A DNA stretch of 64,000 nt from Candidatus Parcubacteria bacterium (GCA_041158505.1 JBEBBG010000015.1:12642-76641), one strand, 5' to 3'; counted from the first letter of the stretch, positions 9,777 through 19,706 are shown. Numbers and translations: made by a program. The notes: generated by a model not told the origin, from the letters alone.

Positions 9777-10203
9777 TGGTTACATCACGCGCATCTTGTG
9801 GCGCGTCATCAGGAACAGAAAGAGAAATGGTTGTTTTGTTCTGTGGAAGCGCATCGGCAATGTGCTCAGGCCACTCAATAAGCATGAGGTTTGTCGTATC
9901 TGCAAGTAGCTCGTCGAATCGCAGCGGCGCAAGCTCATCGAGTGATTCAATGCGATACGCATCAATGTGCACAAGCTGTGCAAAGCGCTGCCCCGCAAGC
10001 GGATACTGCTTCATGAGCACAAACGTGGGACTCGTGACTGATTCGGTGACACCGAGTGTCTGCGCAAACTGTTGTGACAGCGTTGTCTTGCCCGCACCCA
10101 CATTTCCAGAAAGTGCCACGACATGCGCGCCACCAGAAAGTGGTGAGAGGTTTGAAACGATATCTGCCGCCAATTGCCGCATGCCGTCGAGTGAAATCTG
10201 CAT
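9754..10203 (-). CDS. tsaE: tRNA threonylcarbamoyladenosine biosynthesis ATPase TsaE
   Basis: 149 aa, P-loop GNVGAGKTTL, TsaE/YjeE size and motif order; overlaps the polA start by 23 nt. Confidence 0.8.
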   Translation of the reverse strand: MQISLDGMRQLAADIVSNLSPLSGGAHVVALSGNVGAGKTTLSQQFAQTLGVTESVTSPTFVLMKQYPLAGQRFAQLVHIDAYRIESLDELAPLRFDELLADTTNLMLIEWPEHIADALPQNKTTISLSVPDDAPQDARDVTIAYASTT

Positions 10204-10261
10204 GTAGTAAGCATAGCAAACGCACGAGTGACGCGGCAGTAGACAAGGATAAAAGAAAAGG

Positions 10262-10298
10262 GCCGGTCGAAATGAAGCAGAGCTTCATTTCGACCGGC
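10262..10298 (-). terminator. Rho-independent terminator (16-bp perfect stem) downstream of the Pro-rich gene
   Basis: gccggtcgaaatgaag / cttcatttcgaccggc with loop cagag; the minus-strand RNA is followed by CCUUUUCUUUU. Confidence 0.75.
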
Positions 10299-10321
10299 GT
10301 TCCTCGTGTTGTGAAGGCAGC

Positions 10322-11013
10322 CTAGTTGCCCCACCCTGGCCCTTGAGCCCACCAAACGGTGTAGTACCCGTTTGGGTGTACCGAGCCCGAAGGGTGACGC
10401 ATCGGATACCCCTGGGTCGACGCCATCATCGGCGGTCCCGAGGGACGCGGTGCCGGACGACGGTGCTGCTGCGGCGGTGGCGACTGGCGGCGATACTGCG
10501 GTGGTGCGATCCGGCTGGGAGCCGGAGACCCTCCGCCGTTCACGTAGACAGGTGGTCCGACACGCATGCCGGGAGGCAGCTCACGGACAAATTGCCCGTT
10601 GGGCAGACGGTAGCCCAGCAGTTGCGGATTGGGGCACGGTGGTTCCATCGGCATAGACACACGTCTGCAGTGCGGATCGCCAGGCGTACAGGACGACGTG
10701 CGTCCACCGCCGGTGAAGCGACCATCACGCGAGGCAAGCCCCGCCATGGTCGGCGCCGCGACCACCGTGGTGCGATTGACCACGGTGGTGTTGTGGTTGT
10801 GTTGGCTCCGGTCCACGTTCACGTGGTTGCCGTTACCGTTCACGACGACGTTGACGTCGCCATTGTTGCCACGGTTCGACTGACGGGTCGAGGTCTTCTT
10901 GACCTTCTTGTTCGAGCTGTTGCCCGAGAAGAGGTTCAAAAGACCAGCTTCCACCGGGGCGGGGGCCGCGATGGCAGCGGCGAGGACAAAAACGAGAGGA
11001 ATGAGTTTTTTCA
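10322..11013 (-). CDS. secreted low-complexity Pro/Gly/Asn/Arg-rich protein
   Basis: ATG at 11013 gives MKKLIPLVFVLAAAIAAPAPVEA signal peptide, then NGNGNHVNV... and a PPxxRxxP-rich tail ending YYTVWWAQGPGWGN. The region is about 65% GC; the opposite strand is also open (track ORF 10343..11026) and is treated as a shadow ORF. Confidence 0.5.
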
Positions 11014-11149
11014 TGGAGTGGGATAGATCTATTGGGTTTGCTTTCCAATCAATCGGAGAAGCATTTGCCAGAATATTAACACAAAAACAGTGTTTGTCAA
11101 TACAAACAAACCACAATCCCCCATTCTCCCAAAATCCCAAACACACCGC

Positions 11150-12934
11150 ATGCTACAATACAGACCAATGATGCAACGTTTTGCAGATGAAGAATTACGC
11201 GACGAGCGGCTGGCCGAGCTGCACCGCAAGGAAGAAGAGCAACTCGCGCAGATTTTGGCGGAAAAGTACCAAATTCCGTACGCGGATCTAACACGCCTCA
11301 CTATCGACACCGACGGTCTTCGTATTATTCCCGAAGAGGATGCGCGCAAAGCAAAGCTTGCAATCTTTGACCTCATCGGCCAGCGCGTACGCGTTGCCCT
11401 TCTTGCACCCGGTCGCGAGGACACCCAGTCGATTCTCAAAGACCTCGAGACTCGCGGCTACATCATTGAGCCATTCATGGTTTCAACGCAGAGCTTGGAA
11501 CGCGCATGGGAACGCTACAAAGAAATCTCATTTGCAAGCGTCACCAAAGAAGGAACCCTCGACATCTCGAGCCAAGACATCGAGACATTCATCAATCAGG
11601 TGCACAAAATTGATGACGTAAAATCCCTCATCGAAGAGGTGATGCAAATGAAAAAAAGCTTCCGTATTTCTCGGATTGTAGAAATTGTGATGGCAAGCTC
11701 AATTGCGCTCGGTGCGTCAGACATTCACGTAGAACCAGAAGAAGAATTCATTCGGCTTCGATTCCGTCTCGACGGCGTGCTTGTAGAAATTACCTCATTT
11801 GATCTGGACACCTACAACCTCCTCCTCTCCCGCATCAAACTGCTCTCGGGCATGAAGTTGAATATTAAAGAAAATGCACAGGACGGACGCTTTAGTGTAA
11901 AGATTGGCGAACGCGATATTGAAATTCGTTCATCAACGCTTCCGGGTAACTACGGTGAATCAATCGTTATGCGCCTTCTTGATCCAACCTCAATTCAAGT
12001 AAAGATTCAGGACCTTGGTGTGCCAGACAAGCTCATGAAAGTGTTCCTCGAGAATCTCGCGAAGCCAAACGGCATGATCCTCAACACTGGTCCAACCGGT
12101 TCGGGTAAAACCACCACCCTCTATGCGTTCATGCGCTTAAAGAAAACCCCTGAAATTAAAATCATCACCATCGAAGATCCGATTGAGTACCACCTTGAAG
12201 GTATTGTGCAAACACAAGTTGATGCAAAGAAAGGATACGACTTCGCTTCAGGACTTAAGCGATCACTTCGCCAAGACCCAGACGTCATTATGGTTGGTGA
12301 GATCCGAGACCTTGAAACCGCTGAGACAGCGATTCATGCTGCACTCACCGGTCACCTCGTGTTTTCAACACTGCACACCAACAACGCAGCCGGTACGTTT
12401 ACCCGCCTCATTGACCTTGGTATCAACCCAAAGATTCTGACATCAGCAATCAGTATGGCGATCGCACAACGTCTCGTGCGACGCCTCTGCCCACACTGCA
12501 AAAAACCACAACGCATGGCCGGCAGCACACTCACCACCATGAAAAATGTATACGACAGCATTAAAGAACCCGAGGTTCCATGGTCAGAAACAATGTTTGT
12601 ACCAGGCGGTTGCCCCGAGTGTAATAACACTGGCTACAAGGGACGAGTTGGTGTCTTTGAGGCCGTGCTTTCAGATCAGCACGTTGAACAAGCGCTTGAA
12701 ATGAACCCAAGCGAACGTGAAATTAAGCAAGCAGCAGAACCACAGGGTATTATGGATATGGCGCAAGACGGTGTAACCAAGATTCTTAAGGGAACAACAT
12801 CGCTTGAAGAACTTGAGCGCGTCGTCGACATCAGTTCACGCAGTGGTATTGGTGATGCACCAGATGGCTGGGGCAACGATCCCGCAAAAGCTGCGGCAAA
12901 AAACGCAATTGACATCAGCAGTATTGCAGAGTAG
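11150..12934 (+). CDS. pilB: type IV pilus assembly ATPase PilB (GspE family)
   Basis: Walker A LNTGPTGSGKTTTL; HLVFSTLHTNNAAGTFTRLIDLGI; tetracysteine CPHC...CPECNNTGYKGRVGVFE. ATG at 11150 (MLQYRPMMQRF); 11168 is an alternative start. Confidence 0.85.
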   Translation: MLQYRPMMQRFADEELRDERLAELHRKEEEQLAQILAEKYQIPYADLTRLTIDTDGLRIIPEEDARKAKLAIFDLIGQRVRVALLAPGREDTQSILKDLETRGYIIEPFMVSTQSLERAWERYKEISFASVTKEGTLDISSQDIETFINQVHKIDDVKSLIEEVMQMKKSFRISRIVEIVMASSIALGASDIHVEPEEEFIRLRFRLDGVLVEITSFDLDTYNLLLSRIKLLSGMKLNIKENAQDGRFSVKIGERDIEIRSSTLPGNYGESIVMRLLDPTSIQVKIQDLGVPDKLMKVFLENLAKPNGMILNTGPTGSGKTTTLYAFMRLKKTPEIKIITIEDPIEYHLEGIVQTQVDAKKGYDFASGLKRSLRQDPDVIMVGEIRDLETAETAIHAALTGHLVFSTLHTNNAAGTFTRLIDLGINPKILTSAISMAIAQRLVRRLCPHCKKPQRMAGSTLTTMKNVYDSIKEPEVPWSETMFVPGGCPECNNTGYKGRVGVFEAVLSDQHVEQALEMNPSEREIKQAAEPQGIMDMAQDGVTKILKGTTSLEELERVVDISSRSGIGDAPDGWGNDPAKAAAKNAIDISSIAE

Positions 12935-13046
12935 CAGAACAAACGAGCGTTACATAATAAAAAAAAGTAACTGCCTAGTTGTGTATCTACTAAAAGTCGC
13001 TATAGTGGCTCTCAAGTAGTGTCGTTGTTCAGCAAGAAATAAAAAA

Positions 13047-13205
13047 TTTGAAACGGTAGATCTCTAAGCGAGCCATCGAACCGTGCCAATGGTAGACAAA
13101 TAGTTAAGGATAGCCCCAGCAATCACGCGAAAGCGTGAAACCAGGAGCGTCCTTGATTACGTGCCTATAGACAATGTCTATCGCTTAGAGATCTACCGTT
13201 TCAAA
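13047..13205. repeat. 25-bp perfect inverted repeat (tttgaaacggtagatctctaagcga / revcomp) enclosing a 109-bp core with a GNRA hairpin
   Basis: Arms at 13047-13071 and 13181-13205 read directly. The core contains cacgc-gaaa-gcgtg and tagaca-a-tgtcta hairpins. Confidence 0.6.
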
Positions 13206-13251
13206 TATCGCACCCATCGTCCAGTCGTTTACGGCGGTAGGTTGTGCTAGA

Positions 13252-14298
13252 ATGATACCATATCCAAACACTATGTCAACCCCCCAGGAAACAACGGGCC
13301 AAAACAGCACCGGAGAGGCAACCTTCCTCGATCGCGAGCTGCGCCCTGCAACCTGGGACGAATACGTCGGACAGGGGCCAATTAAAGCCAATTTACAAGT
13401 ACTTCTTGAGGCAGCAGCGGGTCGTGGTCACCCCCCAGAACATATTTTATTTTATGGACCACCAGGTCTTGGAAAGACGACGCTGGCGTACCTTATCGCA
13501 AAACACATTGGTGCGCAAATAAAAATCACCTCAGGACCATCAATTGAGAAAGTTGGCGATCTCGCATCACTCCTCACCAACCTAAACACTGGTGATATTC
13601 TCTTTATTGACGAAATTCACCGTCTTAATCGCTCAATTGAGGAAGTTCTCTACCCCGCAATGGAATCCGGCGTGCTCGACATCATTATTGGAAAAGGTCC
13701 GTCTGCACGAACCATCCAGCTTGAACTTCCATCATTCACACTGATTGCTGCAACAACACGCATTGCAATGCTCTCTGCCCCACTACGATCACGATTCTCT
13801 GGCGGCACACACCGTCTTGAATTTTATAGCAACGACGACATCGTCACCATTCTCAAGCGCTCTGCTCGTATTCTTGGCATTGCGCTTGATGATGAAGCCG
13901 CACTTGAAATTGCAAAGCGCTCACGCCACACACCGCGAACAGCAAATTTTCTCCTCAAGCGTTGCCGAGACCTTGCACAGGTACGGGGCACGGCGCTCAA
14001 TCGAGACAGCGTGATTGAAACACTGCACATGCTCGATATTGATGAAAAAGGCCTCACAAAAGCAGACCGGGACCTGCTCTCAATTCTCGTTACCAAATTC
14101 AACGGCGGCCCTGTAGGAGTAAACACGCTCGCGACCGCAATGCACGAAGAATCAGCAACGGTGGAAGAATTTCATGAACCGTACCTCATTCAGCTCGGCC
14201 TTCTCGAACGCACACCCCGCGGCCGCATAGCAACACCTGCTACATACGAACATCTCGGGCTCGATACACCTACACATATTCAAGAAAAGTTACTGTAA
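13252..14298 (+). CDS. ruvB: Holliday junction DNA helicase RuvB
   Basis: GPPGLGKTTLAYLIA Walker A, ILFIDEIHRL Walker B, winged-helix C-terminus. An extended -10 TGcTAGAAT abuts the ATG at 13252, so the in-frame ATG at 13273 (MSTPQ) may be the real start. Confidence 0.9.
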   Translation: MIPYPNTMSTPQETTGQNSTGEATFLDRELRPATWDEYVGQGPIKANLQVLLEAAAGRGHPPEHILFYGPPGLGKTTLAYLIAKHIGAQIKITSGPSIEKVGDLASLLTNLNTGDILFIDEIHRLNRSIEEVLYPAMESGVLDIIIGKGPSARTIQLELPSFTLIAATTRIAMLSAPLRSRFSGGTHRLEFYSNDDIVTILKRSARILGIALDDEAALEIAKRSRHTPRTANFLLKRCRDLAQVRGTALNRDSVIETLHMLDIDEKGLTKADRDLLSILVTKFNGGPVGVNTLATAMHEESATVEEFHEPYLIQLGLLERTPRGRIATPATYEHLGLDTPTHIQEKLL

Positions 14299-14351
14299 CC
14301 TTCGCATGCTAGCTTTTTTCAAGCAAAAAAGTTTGGTATGCTCAAAAAACT

Positions 14352-14882
14352 ATGTCAGGACATAATAAATGGTCAAAAATTAAACGAAAGAAGGGTGCGG
14401 AAGACGCTCGAAAGAGTCAGATTTTTTCTCGATACTCAAAGCTCATCACTAACGAATCAAAGAAATGTAACGGCGATGTTCGTTCTCCAGGGCTCGCGAC
14501 AGTGATTGAAGCGGCAAAGAAAGAGAATATGACCAAGGATGCAATCGATCGTGCAGTAAAGAAAGGAACAGACAAAGATACTGCGTCACTCGAATCAGTT
14601 ACCTACGAAGCATACGGTCCAGGCGGTGTTGCAATCATCATCGATGCACTCACCGACAACAAAAACCGGACAGGACCTGAGATTCGACATATTTTTACTA
14701 AAGCAGGTCTTGAGCTCGCAACACCAGGCGCTGCGCAATGGGCATTCACCCGCCAAAACAACGAGTGGATTCCAAATACCACCACCGAAATTTCAGAAGA
14801 AGATCAGGAAAAACTAGGAGACCTCTTTGAAAAGCTCGATGAGCACGAGGATGTACAGGGCGTATTCACCAACGCCGCGTAG
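14352..14882 (+). CDS. yebC: YebC/PmpR-family transcriptional regulatory protein (short form)
   Basis: MSGHNKWSKIKRKKGAEDARKSQIFSR is the hallmark YebC N-terminus. Confidence 0.8.
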   Translation: MSGHNKWSKIKRKKGAEDARKSQIFSRYSKLITNESKKCNGDVRSPGLATVIEAAKKENMTKDAIDRAVKKGTDKDTASLESVTYEAYGPGGVAIIIDALTDNKNRTGPEIRHIFTKAGLELATPGAAQWAFTRQNNEWIPNTTTEISEEDQEKLGDLFEKLDEHEDVQGVFTNAA

Positions 14883-14905
14883 TGTTGTTGGTGTACAATA
14901 CACCC

Positions 14906-15397
14906 ATGATTGTGCTTGGAGTAGACCCCGGATACGAACGGCTTGGTATCGCCATTCTTCGCAAAGATGCAGGAGATAGACGAGAGACACTCCTCTACTC
15001 AACGTGTTTTCGTACAAGCCCGAAAGACGCACATGCACTACGGCTTGCCCAGATTTTACAGCATATTATGCATATTATCGAGGTACACAAGCCAGACGTA
15101 TTGGCCATAGAAACCTTATTTTTCAGTAAAAACACCACAACGGCACTTAAGGTTGCAGAAGCTCGCGGTACGGTGATTGCGGCCTGTGCAGGTAAAGGGC
15201 TCCAGGTACTTGAATTTTCTCCACAAGATATTAAAATCGCTGTCACCGGAAATGGTTCGAGCGATAAAACGCAGGTCATGAAAATGATCCCCCTGCTCAT
15301 CGCCATGCCGGAGCAGAAGAAACTCGACGACGAGTACGATGCAATTGCAGCAGGACTTACCTGCTTTGCGATGAGCAAAAATATCCACACACGGTAG
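14906..15397 (+). CDS. ruvC: crossover junction endodeoxyribonuclease RuvC
   Basis: MIVLGVDPGYERLGIAIL (catalytic Asp in the GxDPG motif)...DVLAIETLFF...DAIAAGLTC; ATG at 14906 inside the track ORF 14882..15397. Confidence 0.8.
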   Translation: MIVLGVDPGYERLGIAILRKDAGDRRETLLYSTCFRTSPKDAHALRLAQILQHIMHIIEVHKPDVLAIETLFFSKNTTTALKVAEARGTVIAACAGKGLQVLEFSPQDIKIAVTGNGSSDKTQVMKMIPLLIAMPEQKKLDDEYDAIAAGLTCFAMSKNIHTR

Positions 15398-15452
15398 TGT
15401 TGTCAGATATTGTAGGTATGTTACAAAGTGCAGGTATAACTAAGTAAGTATT

Positions 15453-15605
15453 ATGTCACCAGACGAATTTGACCGAGACGAGATGCTCAACGAAGAAGAT
15501 GAACTTCCTGTAGACCTTGATGATGAGGAGCTAGATTTTGACGGCGAGGATCTCGAGGACGAAGTGGAAGACTCATTCGACGACGAAGAGGGGGAGGCAT
15601 TTTAA
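15453..15605 (+). CDS. hypothetical 50-aa hyperacidic protein (below the ORF-track length cutoff)
   Basis: ATG at 15453; translation MSPDEFDRDEMLNEEDELPVDLDDEELDFDGEDLEDEVEDSFDDEEGEAF has 27 of 50 residues Asp/Glu; TAA at 15603-15605 is followed by a strong terminator. Weak SD. Confidence 0.35.
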   Translation: MSPDEFDRDEMLNEEDELPVDLDDEELDFDGEDLEDEVEDSFDDEEGEAF

Positions 15606-15633
15606 CCCAATTCGCACGTACCGCGTGCATCAC

Positions 15634-15672
15634 GAAAAAGCGGCCGAGGCAAAGCCTCGGCCGCTTTTTCTT
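15634..15672. terminator. bidirectional Rho-independent terminator between the acidic ORF and tyrS
   Basis: gaaaaa-agcggccgaggc-aaa-gcctcggccgct-ttttc; A-tract and T-tract flank both sides. Confidence 0.75.
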
Positions 15673-15696
15673 TACTCCCTTTACCCTCCCCGCAGA

Positions 15697-16908
15697 CTAC
15701 TTAATCTGAATCTTCACAAACCGCTTCTTACCAACTCGATACACTCCCGCGGTTACAGTTGCAGCAATATCAACAACCTTATCTCCATCCACAACAGTAA
15801 TGGCGCCCTCTTTTACCAAACGCTTAAAATCAGTCTTTGATGAAACAACCTGCTCATCAACCAATACATCACAGAGCATTGTTCCAACAGAAGCAGTAAT
15901 AACTGGCACATCTTCTGGTACGCCGCCTTTTGTAAAGGCCTGCTCAAAGTTTGCCTCTGCTGCCACCGCCGCAGCAGCACCATGGTACAAGGTCACAATC
16001 TCTCGCGCCAACCTCATCTTGCTCTCTTTTGGATTTTCACCGCCAGCAATCTTTTGCTCAATTATCGCAAGCTCCGCAAGCGACACATCGGTGCACAACT
16101 TAAAGTATTTTCCAATCAGTTCGTCTCGTACGGCCATTGTTTTCCCGTACATATCGTTTGGTGTATCAGTAATCGCAATCACATTACCCCAACTCGAAGA
16201 CATTTTGCGACCATCAGTACCCTCAAGCATTTCAACGGTTAGCACATCTTGCTCAGGCTTTCCAAAATGCTTCTGAATTGCGCGTCCTGCCTTTACATTA
16301 AACAACTGATCGAACCCGCCAAGTTCAACATCTGCGTTAACGACCACAGAATCGTACCCCTGCATAATCGGGTACAGGAATTCTCGAAGTGAAACTTCGT
16401 CACCCCGATCCAGTCGCTCTTTAAAGTTTCGGCGCGCAGTCATTTGTGATACCGAAAAGCTCTCTGCTAGTTGTGCGACCTCTTTAAACGAAAGCTTTGC
16501 AAGCCAGGTACTGTTGTAGTGAAACTCTGCCTGTGACAAATCAATGATTTTACCAACCTGCTCCTTGTACGATGTAAGGTTGCGCGTGATGTCCGCCTCG
16601 GTAAGCATTGGTCGCTTCTCAAGTTTATCTGACGGATCCCCAATGAGTGCAGTGAAGTCTCCAACAATAAACACGGCCTTATGGCCCAATTTCTGGAAAT
16701 CACGCAGCTTACGAAGCACCGAAGCCCTCCCCAGGTGAATATGCGCAGATGTTGGGTCAACACCAAGCTTTACGCGCAACTGCTTACCCGATCGAAGCTT
16801 TTGTTCGAGTGAAGCGCGAACAAACGTGTCTTCGACACCACGCGTAAGAATCTCGGTAATCTGCCGCTCATCAGTACTTACTACTGGCGCTTTTTTCAAA
16901 CCAAACAT
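15697..16908 (-). CDS. tyrS: tyrosine--tRNA ligase
   Basis: HIGH-class motif region (DPTSAHIHLG), KMSSS (KMSKS variant), C-terminal S4-like domain. Confidence 0.9.
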   Translation of the reverse strand: MFGLKKAPVVSTDERQITEILTRGVEDTFVRASLEQKLRSGKQLRVKLGVDPTSAHIHLGRASVLRKLRDFQKLGHKAVFIVGDFTALIGDPSDKLEKRPMLTEADITRNLTSYKEQVGKIIDLSQAEFHYNSTWLAKLSFKEVAQLAESFSVSQMTARRNFKERLDRGDEVSLREFLYPIMQGYDSVVVNADVELGGFDQLFNVKAGRAIQKHFGKPEQDVLTVEMLEGTDGRKMSSSWGNVIAITDTPNDMYGKTMAVRDELIGKYFKLCTDVSLAELAIIEQKIAGGENPKESKMRLAREIVTLYHGAAAAVAAEANFEQAFTKGGVPEDVPVITASVGTMLCDVLVDEQVVSSKTDFKRLVKEGAITVVDGDKVVDIAATVTAGVYRVGKKRFVKIQIK

Positions 16909-16973
16909 GCCGAGATTGTAGCACGGATGGCTGTTTTCGTCCTTTTATTGTATAGTCTGCACACCATACACAC

Positions 16974-19460
16974 ATGAAACGCTGGCAAACGTTGTATAAT
17001 GCAATACTAAGCTACCTTGATTACGCACTTGAGCGCGTAGACCGTTTCGTTGCTTGGGGTGGCGAGCACACAGAACGCATGATTTCTCTCCTAAAAAAGC
17101 AGGGCCTAAAGAAGCTTATTGCGATTGCCGTTATTGTTCTCTTTCTTTGTGCTGGTGGTTTCATGCTCTGGGTGGCAACCTTTGAACTCCCCACCCTCGA
17201 CAACTTTGACGAGCGCCGCATTGCTCAATCAACAAAAATCTACGACCGAACAGGTGATGTCATTTTGTTTGATGTGCACGGCGAGGTAACTCGAACGGTG
17301 GTTCGACTTGATCAGATTGCCGACCACGTAAAATGGGCAACTATCGCAATTGAAGATGCAAATTTTTACAACCACGGCGGCATTGAACCAAAAGCAATCC
17401 TGCGAGCGATTCTCGTGAACCTTAAAAACGGTGATTTGCTTGGCGGACAAGGTGGTTCAACCATTACCCAGCAGGTTATTAAAAATGCGCTCCTCACTAC
17501 CGACAAAAAAATCTCTCGAAAAGTAAAAGAGTGGGTGCTTGCGCCACGACTCGAAAACCTCCTTACAAAGGACCAGATTCTTGAAGTCTACCTCAACGAA
17601 GTACCATACGGTGGTACCGTATACGGCGTACAGGAGGCGTCTCGACGGTTTTTTGGTAAAGATGCAAAAGATCTCACCCTTGCTGAATCAGCCTACCTTG
17701 CTGCCCTTCCCCAAGCACCAAGCCGCTACTCTCCATACGGAAACAACTTAGACCTTCTCGAAGCCCGAAAGAACCGCGTCCTCGACGAAATGGTAAAAAA
17801 TGACTTCATCACTGAAGAAGAGCGTGATACGGCAAAAGCAGAGCAAGTAACCTTCCAAAAACCAGAAAACTTTGGCATCAAGGCACCTCACTTTGTTTTT
17901 TGGATTAGAGAGCAGCTTGAAGAAAAATATGGAACCGAAGCAGTAGAGGCGGGTGGTCTCAAAGTTGTTACCACACTCGATTGGAAGCTACAGGAAGCGT
18001 CTGAAGAAATTGTAAAGCGGTACGCGCTACAAAACGCGACCCAGTTTAACGCAGAAAATGCCGCAGCAGTTATCATCGATCCAGCAACCGGCCAGGTCTT
18101 AACAATGGTTGGCTCTCGAGATTACTTTGATGAAGAAATTGATGGGAACTTCAATATTGCAACAGCTGAGCGTCAGCCAGGTTCGGCGTTCAAACCATTT
18201 GTATACGCAGAGGCTTTCAATAAAGGATACCGACCAGAAACCGTTGTCTTTGACGTCCCAACAGAATTCTCTGCAACTTGTAGCATTGGCGGCGACTGTT
18301 ACAGTCCACAAAATTACGACAACGTTTTTCGTGGACCAATGACACTGCGCGACGCCCTCGCACAATCAGTAAACATCCCAGCAGTAAAAGCGCTCTACCT
18401 TGCAGGTCTGCGAGACTCTCTTGAGCTCGCACGCAGCATGGGTATCTCAACACTCACCAACGTGAATCAGTATGGACTAACACTCGTGCTCGGAGGTGGA
18501 GAGGTTCGCCCACTCGACATGGCTGCGGCGTACAGTGTTTTTGCAACTGAAGGAGTAAAGCACCCAACCACCGGCATCCTCCGTGTTGAAGACAAAGACG
18601 GTGAGGTTCTCGAGGAATACAAAGAGGAATCTGAACGTGTTCTCCCAGAGCAAACCGCCCGACTCATCTCAGACGTACTGTCAGACAACGCTGCCCGAAC
18701 ACCAGCGTTTGGTTCAAGCTCATACCTCAACATCCCAGGTGCCGCAGTAGCCGTAAAAACAGGTACCACAAACGATTACCGTGACGCATGGATTGTGGGA
18801 TATACCCCAACCGTATCAGTTGCCTCATGGGCAGGAAACAACAATAACGAATCGATGGAGAAAAAGGTTGCCGGCTTTATCGTCGCACCGATGTGGAACG
18901 AGATCATGAGAAAAGCAATTGAGCTCTACCCAGCAAACGGTTTCACCCCACCAGCACCAATGGCAGAGGACACCAAACCTGCGATTGCCGGTTTTTGGAA
19001 TACTCCATCTGGAGTTCACTCAATTCTTCATTGGGTAGACCGAAGCAATCCTCTCGGCGGCATTCCTTCAAACCCATCAAGCGATCCACAGTACCAACTC
19101 TGGGAAGCAGGTGTGCAAGCATGGGTTGGTGGTCAGGGTATTCCAGGTTTTGGAGAAGACGTTGATGAAGACGGCAACCCTCGCATATCGTTCGAAATCA
19201 CAAACCCAGGAAACGGAGATTCTTTCGTTGGGAACACAACCATTTACGTTGCAGCAGTTATGCGCGGAGGCCAAATTGCGAACGGCGAAGTATTCATTAA
19301 CGACAACCGCGCAGGTTCACTCGATACCACCTCTGGTTCATTCTCGTTTGTTCCAAACGACACCGAAGGAATTCGTCGAAACAACAACGAGTTGCGCGTA
19401 GTTGTAACAGATACAACAGGAAAAACCCACGAAGATTCTGTTCGGTTTGGAGTTCGATAA
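16974..19460 (+). CDS. mrcA: class A penicillin-binding protein (PBP1A; transglycosylase plus transpeptidase) with C-terminal extension
   Basis: N-terminal TM, GT51 motifs EDANFYNHGGIEP / GGSTITQQVIKN, transpeptidase region, about 150-aa C-terminal tail. Confidence 0.85.
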   Translation: MKRWQTLYNAILSYLDYALERVDRFVAWGGEHTERMISLLKKQGLKKLIAIAVIVLFLCAGGFMLWVATFELPTLDNFDERRIAQSTKIYDRTGDVILFDVHGEVTRTVVRLDQIADHVKWATIAIEDANFYNHGGIEPKAILRAILVNLKNGDLLGGQGGSTITQQVIKNALLTTDKKISRKVKEWVLAPRLENLLTKDQILEVYLNEVPYGGTVYGVQEASRRFFGKDAKDLTLAESAYLAALPQAPSRYSPYGNNLDLLEARKNRVLDEMVKNDFITEEERDTAKAEQVTFQKPENFGIKAPHFVFWIREQLEEKYGTEAVEAGGLKVVTTLDWKLQEASEEIVKRYALQNATQFNAENAAAVIIDPATGQVLTMVGSRDYFDEEIDGNFNIATAERQPGSAFKPFVYAEAFNKGYRPETVVFDVPTEFSATCSIGGDCYSPQNYDNVFRGPMTLRDALAQSVNIPAVKALYLAGLRDSLELARSMGISTLTNVNQYGLTLVLGGGEVRPLDMAAAYSVFATEGVKHPTTGILRVEDKDGEVLEEYKEESERVLPEQTARLISDVLSDNAARTPAFGSSSYLNIPGAAVAVKTGTTNDYRDAWIVGYTPTVSVASWAGNNNNESMEKKVAGFIVAPMWNEIMRKAIELYPANGFTPPAPMAEDTKPAIAGFWNTPSGVHSILHWVDRSNPLGGIPSNPSSDPQYQLWEAGVQAWVGGQGIPGFGEDVDEDGNPRISFEITNPGNGDSFVGNTTIYVAAVMRGGQIANGEVFINDNRAGSLDTTSGSFSFVPNDTEGIRRNNNELRVVVTDTTGKTHEDSVRFGVR

Positions 19461-19464
19461 AACC

Positions 19465-19704
19465 CTAGAGCACCCGCAAAATCTCCGCGAATCGCTCCTC
19501 AATCTCTTTGCGACGTATAAAAATTTCAGCCTTTGCACTACCACTAACACGAACGCGCAAAACCCCGTTCTCTATAGAAATTTCTTTTTCACCAACAGTA
19601 ACTCCGCAAACATCTTCAATTGCCTGCCGAACACTCTTTGACAGTTCACGCTCTTTAAGCCCAAAATGTTCGAACTTCCTTAGGTAAACTTCAATGCTCT
19701 GCAT
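19465..19704 (-). CDS. DUF721/DciA-like small protein
   Basis: 79 aa immediately downstream of dnaN (a common DUF721 position); the GVLRVRVSGSAKAEIF-like segment resembles DUF721. Weak. Confidence 0.35.
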   Translation of the reverse strand: MQSIEVYLRKFEHFGLKERELSKSVRQAIEDVCGVTVGEKEISIENGVLRVRVSGSAKAEIFIRRKEIEERFAEILRVL

Positions 19705-19706
19705 TA

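Noticed and set aside
10343-11026. 227-aa plus-strand ORF covering the Pro-rich secreted gene
   Set aside because: Arg/His-rich shadow ORF typical of GC-rich DNA; the minus-strand frame has a convincing signal peptide and a downstream terminator.
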